DNA from: Nemertoderma westbladi
Lineage: Eukaryota > Animalia > Xenacoelomorpha
Reading direction: 5' to 3'
Assembly: GCA_032718475.1 (NCBI GenBank)
Contig: JAUCBJ010007473.1
Span: 1 to 64,000, forward strand
DNA length: 64,000 nucleotides
How positions within the stretch are numbered: the stretch's first letter is position 1; each line of letters begins with the position of its first letter. Below the pieces are notes generated by a model. That model was not told the origin of the DNA. It made no database searches and saw only the letters and a list, made by a program, of their open reading frames with translations. The translations under genes and the position numbers were made by a program. Shown piece by piece: positions 52,455 to 64,000 of the stretch.

Positions 52455-54643
52455 TGAAACCTAAGTTCGCGGGTTCGAAATCCAATATTGACCTGACCAA
52501 TCCATTCTTACCATGGAGTATCTGGAAGAGGGTGACATAGACGCCGCTTGTATGTCTCTCTCAAGGGCAATCACCGAATCAACGTCTTCCACAAAGCGCT
52601 TTTCCCACCACAAACCTTGGTTCGACAGTGAATGCAGGCAACTAAAGGGAGAGTTAATGGATGTATTCAGACGTAGTAGACATGACAATCAACTGGTCTA
52701 TTGGGGTTTACGCCGACGATATAATAATCTAGTGAAATCTAAGCGTGCGGGCTATGAACAGACTGAACTGAGTGAAAAAGTTAAAGATTCAAATATGAAC
52801 CCATGGTTACTGCATAAGTCAAGCAGTCATAGAGTTGCACCCATTGATGCCAATGTCATCGAAAAACATTTCAGTGAGTTGCTAGGGTCTCCAGGGCTTG
52901 GCCCACAAACCCTAGATACTCCAAAACCGGATGACAATGAACTATCAAAAGACGCATGGTACAACAGAGATTTTAAGGATGCAGAAGTTCGAAGCGTTAT
53001 CGAGGAAACACCTAACAAAAAAGCCAGTGGCCCAGATGGGATCTACTACGAACACTTAAAGCACCTGGGAATTTTATTAATTGTAACTCTATGCACATTA
53101 TTTAATCTATGTTTATCTGCTGGGAAATTACCCTCGGCTTGGAAAAACAGCATAATTAAGTTGCTTTACAAGGGCAGAGGTGGGTTAACGGATCCATCCA
53201 ACTACCGCGGCATTGCTCTCATATGTACTATGCTAAAAGTCTTAACATCAATCATAAACTCGAGGGTCTGCGAGTTTCTAAAAGAAAAAATACCTCCGGA
53301 ACAGTTTGGTTTCTCTAAAGGAAGGTCAACTCGTCAGGCGGTTTCTAAACTACTCTCTGCAATCTCGGGTCGGTCGGGTAACAAAATGTACGTACTTTTT
53401 GTAGACTTCACAAAGGCCTTTACATGGTCAACCGCTCTCTATTACTGGTAAAGTTATATAACTTCGGAATAAAAGGTAAACTCTTCAATTTAATTAAGAA
53501 CCTGCTCCAGAATTATATTATCGTCTTTGATGGTCTACGTTTCTCTAGATTTATTCAGCAGCTGCGAGGTATACTCCAAGGTGACTGCTTCTCGCCAACA
53601 TGTTTTATTTTATTCTTAGTAGACCTAGCAGATAGTCTCAGAGAAATTGGCAACGACCTATTGTTTATTTTTTACGCAGATGACCTTGTCATTTACTCTG
53701 AGAATCCTGAATTGATTAGAAGAGCACTGGATGTATTATATAATTGGTGTATTAAAAATGGAATGATTGTTAACATGAAGAAATCTAAGATGGTCAAATT
53801 TCGAAAAGCTGGTCGCATAGCCAACACAGACAAATTTTATTTTGGCAACTCATTGATAGAAATAGTGAATGAATACGAGTATCTGGGCTTGACTTTGCAG
53901 ACCTCACAATCCTTTTCTCAACATATTGCGGAGAAGAAACTGAATATTTTCAAGATTATTGGGAGTCTAACTAAATTACACTTAATGTCAGTCCGGTCTG
54001 GCATGATTATATTTCACGGTAAAATACTTCCCATTATGACATACTGTATACAAGAATTTGGTCCCTTTCTGAACTTGCGAAATTTAAAAGAAATCGACAA
54101 ATGTAAAGCCGCTTTTATCAAACGGCTGCTCAGGATACATACGTCATCATCAGCGACTTTAGCATTAAACTTAGTGGGAGAATCTACGTGTACCGACGAC
54201 ATTATCCGGAAATATCCCAACGCTTTTAACCCAGATGTATTTCAACAGTACAGACAATTTCGTGACGAGCGCCAACAGAACTTTATCGACGAAGGTTACA
54301 CCAGGGGCCCAGCTTTTCAGTCTTCCACGTGGCGTACAGCTGGACAGCGAAACCGACATGTAGTCACGAGGGCGACAGTCCACGGCTTCCATCACCGACT
54401 GTGTGGGACGGGGATAGGTTTCCACGAACCTGCCGATTCCTGCATCTGCCGGTATTGCAGTCTGAACTAACCGAACTGACTATCCGAACTGGCCAAGATG
54501 TGACATAATATATTACTGGGATACGCTATTATAAATTACTTTTATTGAGTTATATTAATTCTTATTTATATTTTATCAATTAATTATTAAATAAAACTTT
54601 TACCCCGACACGGGGTGTAGCTATAAAAAAAAAAAAAAAAAAA
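52455..54643 (+). mobile_element. 5'-truncated LINE (RT plus C-terminal His/Cys motif, RTE-X-like) with poly(A) tail
   Basis: KPWFDSEC..KASGPDGI..NYRGIAL..QFGF..VDFTKAF (frameshift)..QGDCFSP..YADDL..YLG..HGFHHRLC..CICRYC; stem-loop ACCCCG-aca-CGGGGT before the A-tail. Confidence 0.88.
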
Positions 54644-56450
54644 ATTTAAATTATTTTTATTTTTTCACTAAAATCGCTCTAACTTCGGTTCTGGTGGTCC
54701 AAATTCAATAAAATTGGTATATTCTTTGCCGTAATTTTTTTCTTAATCTTTTGAGAAGGGGTTATTTTTGGCCCCAAAAAAATTAAAAAAAAGGGCCAAA
54801 ATAACGCGATATTTTTCGACCCTTAAAATTCGTAATTTTAATTATATATGTTAAGATAAAAGATAGCGGAGTTAATTTGATGCTTTTTACCGGTACTTTT
54901 GGCGCAATACGCTAAATTATAATGGAATAGCGATTCGTTAAAAAAAAAAATTTTTCGTCCCTTTTTATAAATATTATATTTCACACGATCGCATGCCGCT
55001 CCAGTTTTATAATACCTCCGGCGCTGTAATTAACGCTGTTAGATAGATAATTTAACGCACTATAAGTCTGTGTAAACAAGTCTCCCGTAAGTTAAGTAGT
55101 TTTCGAGCTAGACGATTTCCCGCGAAGCAAGTTTGAAGCGCGAAATTATAATTTTGGCCCTCATTTTTTTAATATCATCCTTGGAGCAAAACCGATAGCA
55201 TATTTGAATTCCCCGTATGGATATTGACTGTATAGAATGTACCTTAACCAACTAAAGTTAAAAATAAAAAATTATTCGATAAAAACTAATTTACAAATTC
55301 TGGCCCTTTTTGGCCCCTATTGCCGACATATTTTTTGTACCCCCATTCGATAGGAACGTAGCCCCAATGGTCTTCTACGAGTTTCATAAAAGAATTAGTG
55401 GATTCCTACCCGCGTTGTCGAATTAAACATTTCGGAAATAAGTTTTCCAAAAAAGACGGACAAAAACGTACAAATTTACAGCCCCTTTTTCCACCCGAAA
55501 TTTTAATAAATATCTTACCCCCATTCGATACGAAGGTAGTAACACTCTTCCCCTTTCCAACCGCGTTACTTTCGTCCCCGTACGATTAATATTAGCCGAG
55601 TTATAGCGGATCCCGCAAAGTCATTTTGTCCGTTTTTTCAACTTTGACGGACATTTTCGGAAAAAAGGCGTGGTAATCTTTTTGAAAAAAAAACGAATTC
55701 ACTAATTAATCCCTTCTATCGTATCCCGGCGTCGGCTAAGCAATAACCTAGGGTTTTTTCGAGCCACTGTAGAGCGCCTTTCAAAAAAATTTTAAAATTG
55801 TCGAAAAATGACGGTTTTTTGTCCGCCGTGTCCGTCGAGGGGATAGATTTGCTAATGTTAGAGTTGCTAATATCTTAGAATTCCGAGCCGCTCCCCTGGT
55901 GAGAAAATAAAAAAATTTGGTCAGTTCCTTCATCGAAAAGTCCCCCAGAATCCCAAGTTAACCTATATAGTTAGCGATGGCCTGCGGCTTTAGGAGCGGC
56001 CGCGGTATTCACCTCCCTCATAGCGGCCGCGGCGGTGTTGCGTCAAATGGAGAAATATTTATCCCACCAAGGAAAAACCAATCATTATATACAATAACAC
56101 AATAAACAAACAATATATACAATAATTATACTATATCTTCGAATAGCACAGTTAGTTACGCATTAGACGGGCGTCGGCGTCGTTACATTCACAGAATTAC
56201 CCGCGGTGCCGTTCGCCGGAAGAAACTCGGCTACCGGTTTGGCAGCTCCTCTCCAGTACCCTACAAAGGGCCTAATATGACTATACTTGGGCCAGTTATT
56301 ACCGTCGAGTAGTTGTTCCACCTCCTCGGACTTACATGTGATGACAAAGGAGCTAAACCCTTTCACCCTGCCACCTTCTTCATCTGTCTTTCCGATAGGA
56401 TCACAACTCACAGCAAACCCTAGAGTAGCTTCAACGTGGTTAGCGTTGAA

Positions 56451-59400
56451 TTATCCCGTGCAACCAACAACCTGTTTTGCATCTACTGTTATCGTGAAAT
56501 TTTTCCTTTTACCGATGTTGACCAAAATGATGCTAACATTTTTGAACCTATATCTACAGCTCAAAATAACATTACTTCTGATTCAGATCCCGACAATTCA
56601 ACCTTTCTAAATCAAACGTTCAGTCAACTTGACCCTCATAACAATATAATAAACTTAAACATCAGCAAAGGCAGCTATTCCGAAGAGGATTTTAACTTAG
56701 AGTTTAATACTATTAACAAAAAATCATCCCTTTCAGTATTTCACGTAAATATTAGAAGCTTAAATGCAAATAAATCAGCAATTACTGACTTTTTACTTAC
56801 ATTGAACTCTGGGTTCGACATCCTTACTTTTTCGGAAACTTTTATCACGGACAATGATGCACTTGACTTAATAAAATTCTACGGATATCACGAACCTATT
56901 CTTAATAATCGAACTGTAGGTATTCTTCACCGGGGAGGCACAGCTATTTTCGTTAAAGACAATATTGAAATTTCAGAAAGAACAGATTTAAAAATTAAAT
57001 ATTCCGGCCTTGAAAACACATGGGCACAAATAAACCGCCCCCATTCCAAACCCCTTATAATTGGTACCATCTACAGACCTGATCCCATTACAATAGATAC
57101 CTTCCTCCCTCTTCTTGAGTCTAGGCTATCATCACTAACTGACCTAAAACATGACGTCATCATCACAGGTGATTTCAACATAGATTTACTAAAATCTACT
57201 ACAATCTCCAAAAAATATATCGACCTCCTCCATTCCCATGGCTTTATCCAATTAATAAACCAACCAACCCGCATTACACAATGGTCCAAAACTCTAATCG
57301 ATCATATGATTACAAATATCACGACATCCATTTCCCATGCTGGTACATTCCAATCTAAGATAGGCACATCTGATCACCAACCCACATTTGTTATCCTTCA
57401 GAAGTACTCTTGTTACTTCGAAAGAGATAAAACCCATTCGGTTTTTGATTTTTCTGACTATAATCAAACCCAATTCGTAAGTGATATTACATCATCCAAC
57501 ACCTGGTCCTATAACTCATCCTCCGTCCCCCATAATGATAAATTTAACGTCTTTTATAGCGACCTTGAAAAATTATGCTCTTCCTATGTCACCAAAAAAA
57601 ATATACGTCCCAAACTAATCGCACAAAAGCCATGGATGACCCCTAATCTAATCAAATGCACAATTAAAAAAACACTTTATACCGCAAATTTGTAAGACAC
57701 CCAACTGACTCTAACCGCAACACATTCAATAAATACAGAAACAAATTAACATCTACTCTACGGGCGGCTGAAAAAACATACTATGATACACAATTCAAAT
57801 TACATTCTAAAAACATTCGTAAAACCTGGATTATAATAAATTCTGCACTAAATAGATCGACTAAACTTAATCTACCTAAAATACTAACTATTCGCACTGG
57901 AGACATTACTGAAACGGTAACCGACACGGAACGCATCGCAAATATCCTAAACACCCACTTCGCTACAATAGGACCTAAGCTTGCTAAAGAAATACACAAA
58001 TTCACCACGTTCACCTCTCCGTTATATAAATCGTAATCAACCAAATTCCTTTGTTTTAACTGAAACTTCCCCTGTAGAAGTAGAGTACCGCTTACTGCAA
58101 CTTGACCCTAATTCTTCCTCGAATGACCAATTCCCAACCAAATTATTATTACACGCTGCAAAACCGCTATCAATTCACCTAAGCTATTTAATTAACCTGT
58201 CTATTACCCAAGGCTTCTTCCCCAGTGCACTCAAACCAGCTAAAATTATTCCTATTTACAAAGGCAATGACCCAACAGACTCCAATAATTACAGGCCAAT
58301 ATCTCTTCTTCCAGTACTAACAAAAATATTCGAACAAATAATAAACTCGCAACTGCAATCGTATTTAACTAAGTATTCAGTTCTAACAACTTCCCAGTAT
58401 GGCTTCCGCCCTAGAACCTCAACCTCCCACGCTCTTCTATCAATAATTGAAAAAATTCACCGTTCTCTCGATGACAAAAATTCAACATGTGCGATATATA
58501 TTGACCTAAAGAAAGCCTTTGACACCATTGACCACCCGATCTTACTACGCAAACTAGACTGTTACGGCATTCGAGGAATCCCCAATCAACTCTTATCCAG
58601 TTTTCTAACGGGCAGAACTCAACAAGTATGTATCAGTAACAAACTATCTGCTATTGAACCCCTCCTCTGTGGTGTTCCTCAAGGTTCGGTAATCTCACCT
58701 ATTCTCTTTCTCCTCTACATTAATGACCTACCTAACGCTACCAATCTATTATCCACCCTTTTCGCTGACGACACCACCCTCCTCCATTCTAACCCAGAAA
58801 TCCATCAACTCATCGATCAAACAAACTTTGAACTAAACAAACTATCTGATTGGCTGAACGCTAATCGACTATCTCTAAACCTAAAGAAAACTGAATACAC
58901 TATATTCTCTAATACAATAACAAACTTATCCACCCAGATTCCATGCTGCGAAATTAAAAATAATCAAATTAAATTTTCAACAAACTCCAAAATCCTTGGC
59001 ATCTGGGTGGATAGCAAACCAAATTGGAAGCCTCATGTAAACTTCATAATTAAAAAAATATCTAAAATCTCTGGAATTTTCTACAAATTGCGCTATATCT
59101 TCCCTCTAAATATTCTACGTCAACTTTATTTCACCCTAATTCACCCTTACATACAGTACGGTATTCTACTTTGGGGAAGTACTCATTCCACCACCCTTCA
59201 TCCACTTAGAGTTAAAATAAACAAAATTATCAGATGCATTACTTTCAGTCACTCACAATCGTCCTCTGCGCCTCTATACAAATCACTACGAATTCTACCT
59301 TTAAACTTACTGTATAAACACCAGGCCGGCCTTTTCATGCATGATATCCACCACCACATTATAAGCCCCACCTCTGAACTCGGTTCTATATTTACTAAAA

Positions 59401-60138
59401 CTTCATCTATACACAATTACGCCACCCTCTTTTCATCTTTAGGAAACTTTTGTTTACCGCTATTTCGTCTAACCTCTTCCCAAAAATCCATGTGTTTTCA
59501 AGGCCCATCTATTTGGAGTACCATCCCTTGTGATATGCGTAACAAAAAATCCAAACCTACATTTTCAAAAAATTACAAACTTCATCTAATTTCTAAATTA
59601 TAACCAAATTCACTCCCATACAAACCATATCACTGGCCTGCGTCTTTGCTCAATTTTAATTTTAATTTTAATTCAAATTGCAAAAATCTTAATTCCATCC
59701 ACATTGTACATCCGTCGCCTACAGATTTCCCGCTGACGTTACCTTACTTATTATTGTACATACAATAAGTAACTATTTACAAGATTAGTCCCACGGTTCA
59801 AAAATATAATTAATAAATTTCGAAACTAATAAAAACTATCCTAAATTATGAGTATTCAGATGTAACCTCCCTTCCTCACCCCCCCCCCCCCACCCCCTCC
59901 TCTCTCACCCCCCCCCCCCTACCCCCTCCTCTCTCACCCCCCCCCCCCCGGTGGTTAGCGTCTACTAGCCCTGCTATTAGCTAGCCTCCGTGTCCTTACA
60001 TCGTTCCCTGACACCCTACCAACTTTTTTCTTAACTATTTACAATATATATCCACATTTTATGGTATTTGGGTGCGTGCAATACAATAAATTTCATAAAT
60101 TAAGAAGGATTAAATTTATATTGAATTGAATTGAATTG
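56451..60138 (+). mobile_element. CR1/L2-group LINE ORF2 (APE and RT, two frameshifts), 3' UTR and (TTGAA)n tail
   Basis: HVNIRSL..FSET..GGTAIFV..TIYRP..TGDFNID..PTRI..TLIDH..SDH..KPW..NYRPIS..IDLKKAFDTIDH..GVPQGSVISP..FADDT..GPSIW. Confidence 0.93.
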
Positions 60139-60625
60139 CGACCCATACAAACTATAACAGACTGTTCAGCAACCGATATGGACGAAGATCTATTCCTAGA
60201 AACAGAGAAAACCCAACAAGAAATGACGAAATATTTTAACCTGGAAACCCAAGAATTCGCCGAAAAGGACGAAAACCTATCAGAGGAAGACCAATACTGT
60301 ATGGACGTTCTCGACCAAGCAGTATTTAAGGACGGGCATTGGTGTTCACCAATGCTATGGAAGGATCCGGACAGACCGATGGCTAACAATGCTAGTGTGG
60401 CCCTAAGGAGGCTAATAATGACGTCGATGATGATGATGATGATGTTGATTGCAATAATAATGTTGAGACCTATGATGGGAGCGGACGGACTAATATGCCG
60501 TAATACCCGGATGGCGAATGCCCCGGTTGAGTCCCTCATACCCAACCATCTCCTCGGAAGGCCTAAGACCACCATCCTTCCGGAAGCAATGTTCCCAGAT
60601 CCCAATGACATCTCGAGACACACTA
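60139..60625 (+). mobile_element. BEL/Pao pol scraps (PR-RT linker and integrase C-terminal piece)
   Basis: LSEEDQYCMDVL..DGHWCSPMLWK..MANNASVALRRL and ESLIPNHLLG. Confidence 0.7.
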
Positions 60626-60629
60626 ACTG

Positions 60630-63604
60630 TAAGATCTTCTTTAACGTCCGAGCTAGATCGACCTAGTAGTAGTAGCAGTAAGATTTTCTTTAATGTCCGA
60701 GCTCGCTAGACCTTGAGGTAGTAGCAGCAAGATCTTCTTTAATGTCCGAGCTCGCTCGACCTAGTAGTAGTAGTAGCAGTAAGATTTTCTTTAATGTCCG
60801 AGCTCGCTCGACCTAGTAGTAATAGCAGTAAGATTTTCTTTAGTGTCCGAGCTCTCTCGACCTTTTAGGTAGTAGCAGCAAGATCTTCTTTAATGTCCGA
60901 GCTCGCTCGACCTAGTAGTAGTAGTAGCAGTAAGATTTTCTTTAATGTCCGAGCTCGCTCGACCTAGTAGTAGTAGTAGCAGTAAGATTTTCTTTAATGT
61001 CCGAGCTCGCTCGACCTTGTAGTAGTAGCAGCAAGATCTCCTTTAATGTCCGAGCTCGCTTGCTAGTAGTAGTAGCAATAAAATCTTCTTTAATGTCCGA
61101 GCTCGCTCGACCTAGTAGTAGTAGCAGTAAGATATTCGTTAATGTCCAAGCTCGCTCGACCTAGTAGTAGTAGCAGTAAGATCTTATTTAATGTCCGAGC
61201 TCGCTCGACCTAGTAGTAGTAGTAGTAAGATCCTCTTTAATATCCGAGCTCGCTCGACCTTGTAGTAGTAGCAGTAAGATCTCCTTTAATATCCGAGCTC
61301 GCTCGACCTAGTAGTAGCAGCAGTAAGATTTTTTTTAATGTCCGAGCTTGCTCGACCTAGTAGTAGTAGTAGTAAGATCCTCTTTAATATCCGAGCTCGC
61401 TCGACCTTGTAGTAGTAGCAGTAAGATCTCCTTTAATATCCGAGCTCGCTCGACCTAGTAGTAGCAGCAGTAAGATTTTTTTTAATGTCCGAGCTTGCTC
61501 AACCTTGTAGTAGTAGCAGTAAGATCCTCTTTAATATCCGAGCTCGCTCGACCTAGTAGTAGTAGCAGTAAGATATTCGTTAATGTCCAAGCTCGCTCGA
61601 CCTAGTAGTAGTAGCAGTAAGATCTTATTTAATGTCCGAGCTCGCTCGACCTAGTAGTAGTAGTAGTAAGATCCTCTTTAATATCCGAGCTCGCTCGACC
61701 TTGTAGTAGTAGCAGTAAGATCTCCTTTAATATCCGAGCTCGCTCGACCTAGTAGTAGCAGCAGTAAGATTTTTTTTAATGTCCGAGCTTGCTCAACCTT
61801 GTAGTAGTAGCAGTAAGATCCTCTTTAATATCCGAGCTCGCTCGACCTTGTAGTAGTAGCAGTAAGATCTCCTTTAATATCCGAGCTCGCTCGACCTAGT
61901 AGTAGCAGCAGTAAGATTTTTTTTAATGTCCGAGCTTGCTCAACCTTGTAGTAGTAGCAGTAAGATCTCCTTTAATGTCCGAGCTCGCTCGACCTAGTAG
62001 TAGTAGTAGCAGTAAGATTTTCTTTAATGTCCGAGCTCGCTCGACCTGTAGTAGTAGTAGCAGTAAGATCTTTCCTTAATGTCCGAGCTCGCTCGACCTA
62101 GTAGTAGTAGTGAGTAAGATCTCTCTTTAATGTCCGAGCTCGCTCGACCTTGTAGTAGTAGCAGTAAGATCTCCGTTAATGTACGAGCTCGCTCGACCTA
62201 GTAGTAGCAGCAGTAAGATTTTCTTTAATGTCCGAGCTTGCTCGACCTTGTAGTAGTAGCAGTAAGATCTCTCTTTAATGTCCGAGCTCGCTCGACCTTG
62301 TAGTAGTAGCAGTAAGATCTCCTTTAATATCCGAGCTCGCTCGACCTAGTAGTAGCAGCAGTAAGATTTTCTTTAATGTCCGAGCTTGCTCGACCTTGTA
62401 GTAGTAGCAGTAAGATCTCCTTTAATGTCCGAGCTCGCTCGACCTAGTAGTAGTAGTAGCAGTAAGATTTTCTTTAATGTCCGAGCTCGCTCGACCTAGT
62501 AGTAGTAGTAGCAGTAAGATCTTCCTTAATGTCCGAGCTCGCTCGACCTAGTAGTAGTAGTAGAAGTAAGATTTTCTTTAATGTCCGAGCTCGCTCGACC
62601 TAGTAGTAGTAGTAGCAGTAAGATCTTCTTTAATGTCCGAGCTCGCTCGACCTAGTAGTAGTAGTAGTAAGATCTTCTTTAATGTCCGAGCTCGCTCGAC
62701 CTTGTAGTAGTAGCAGTAAGATCTTCTTTAATGTCCGAGCTCGCTCGACCTTGTAGTAATAGCAGTAAGATTTTCTTTAATGTCCGAGCTCGCTCGACCT
62801 AGTAGTAGCAGCAGTAAGATATTCGTTAATGTCCAAGCTCGCTCGACCTAGTAGTAGTAGCAGTAAGATTTTCTTTAATGTCCGAGCTCGCTCGACCTAG
62901 TAGTAGTAGCAGCAGTAAGATATTCGTTAATGTCCAAGCTTGCTCGACCTAGTAGTAGTAGCAGTAAGATTTTCTTTAATGTCCGAGCTCGCTCGACCTA
63001 GTAGTAGTAGCAGTAAGATATTCGTTAATGTCCGAGCTCGCTCGACCTAGTAGTAGTAGCAGCAGTAAGATATTCGTTAATGTCCAAGCTCGCTCGACCT
63101 AGTAGTAGTAGCAGTAAGATTTTCTTTAATGTCCGAGCTCGCTCGACCTAGTAGCAGTAGTAAGGTTTTCTTTAATGTCCGAGCTCGCTCGACCTAGTAG
63201 TAGTAGCAGTAAGATATTCGTTAATGTCCGAGCTCGCTCGACCTAGTAGTAGTAGCAGCAGTAAGATATTCGTTAATGTCCAAGCTCGCTCGACCTAGTA
63301 GTAGTAGCAGTAAGATTTTCTTTAATGTCCGAGCTCGCTCGACCTAGTAGCAGTAGTAAGGTTTTCTTTAATGTCCGAGCTCGCTCGACCTAGTAGTAGT
63401 AGCAGTAAGATTTTCTTTAATGTCCGAGCTCGCTCGACCTAGTAGTAGTAGTAGCAGTAAGATTTTCTTTAATGTCCGAGCTCGCTCGACCTAGTAGTAG
63501 TAGCAGTAAGATTTTCTTTAATGTCCGAGCTCGCTCGACCTAGTAGTAGTAGCAGTAAGATTTTCTTTAATGTCCGAGCTCGCTCGACCTAGTAGTAGTA
63601 GTAG
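60630..63604 (+). repeat. ~49-52-bp satellite (AAGATTTTCTTTAATGTCCGAGCTCGCTCGACC(TAG)nCAGT), about 60 copies, derived from an RTE 3' terminus
   Basis: The monomer core matches the RTE end at 11478-11508 with one mismatch. Confidence 0.95.
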
Positions 63605-64000
63605 AAAATCTTATTCAGTATTCAGTAAATCTGTTTAAGTATTTTTCACTAATTATATTCTGTTTTCGTTTTGTTTATTGTGTTTATGGGTTAGGTGTGT
63701 GTAGGTGTTAGGTGCTGTAATATGGGATGCTTTTAAAAACCATCAAACATAATACTGATAATAAATTTGAAGTTATGAAGTCTCATGTCAAATTTGAAGT
63801 TATGAAGTCTCATGTCTTAATTAAAAATATATATTAATACAACTGATATGCTTTATTTATTATCAAAAATCACAATTTTGATTGTAAAAAGAAAGTAAAA
63901 GTTTTCTTTGGCTGTTAGGACAGCCCCCCCCCCCCCCCCCCCCCCAGAACTATTCTCACTCCCCAGAGGAAACTCCATTACTCATTTAGTTACTGTACCA

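Larger units (their letters stand above)
47699..56450 (-). mobile_element. APE-type LINE (RTE-X/Proto2-like): ORF1 end 56450-56163, ORF2 50889-47854, interrupted by nested insertions
   Basis: SSFVITC..LLDGNNWP..IRPF (ORF1 C-terminus); SYNCNS..LQEH..GRPFGGLAIL..GDFNA..WLDH..DDH; NYRGIA..QFGFK..QGGILSP..MYADDL; AATAAA plus (ATT)n tail at 47699-47722; TTAT duplicated at both flanks. Confidence 0.82.

Noticed and set aside
50891-55961. piggyBac/Kolobok element from flanking TTAA
   Set aside because: No terminal inverted repeats found at the boundaries; class left unassigned.
60630-63604. Telomeric array
   Set aside because: Unique sequence follows at 63605-64000 and no canonical telomere repeat is present; chromosomal position cannot be judged from this window.

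Overview
Repeat-rich eukaryotic (animal-like, probably invertebrate) genomic DNA, not prokaryotic. The one clearly recognisable host gene is CWF19L1 on the minus strand (exons 7606-7390, 7106-6616, 834-<1). It carries an apparent 1-nt frameshift near 365, and its second intron is almost filled by a 5.2-kb 22-bp satellite, which explains the three spurious ~1700-aa ORFs. A possible orphan plus-strand exon lies at 33584-33719. The rest is nested transposon debris: CR1/L2, RTE, RTE-X/Proto2-like, CRE and Penelope non-LTR elements, BEL/Pao LTR remnants, Harbinger, hAT and Tc1/mariner-type TIR elements, two DINE-1-like Helentron copies and five satellites. Highlights: (i) a ~3-kb satellite whose monomer is the 3' terminus of an RTE LINE (stop codon plus (TAG)n tail); (ii) a young 13.7-kb LTR-bounded element with a 5-bp TSD whose interior is an older BEL element in antisense; (iii) a minimal U3-A8 hammerhead ribozyme in a Penelope 3' region; (iv) a three-level nested insertion that splits a CR1 PHD finger; (v) most satellites abut LINE 3' tails. 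All family calls come from motif recognition by eye; no database search was run.
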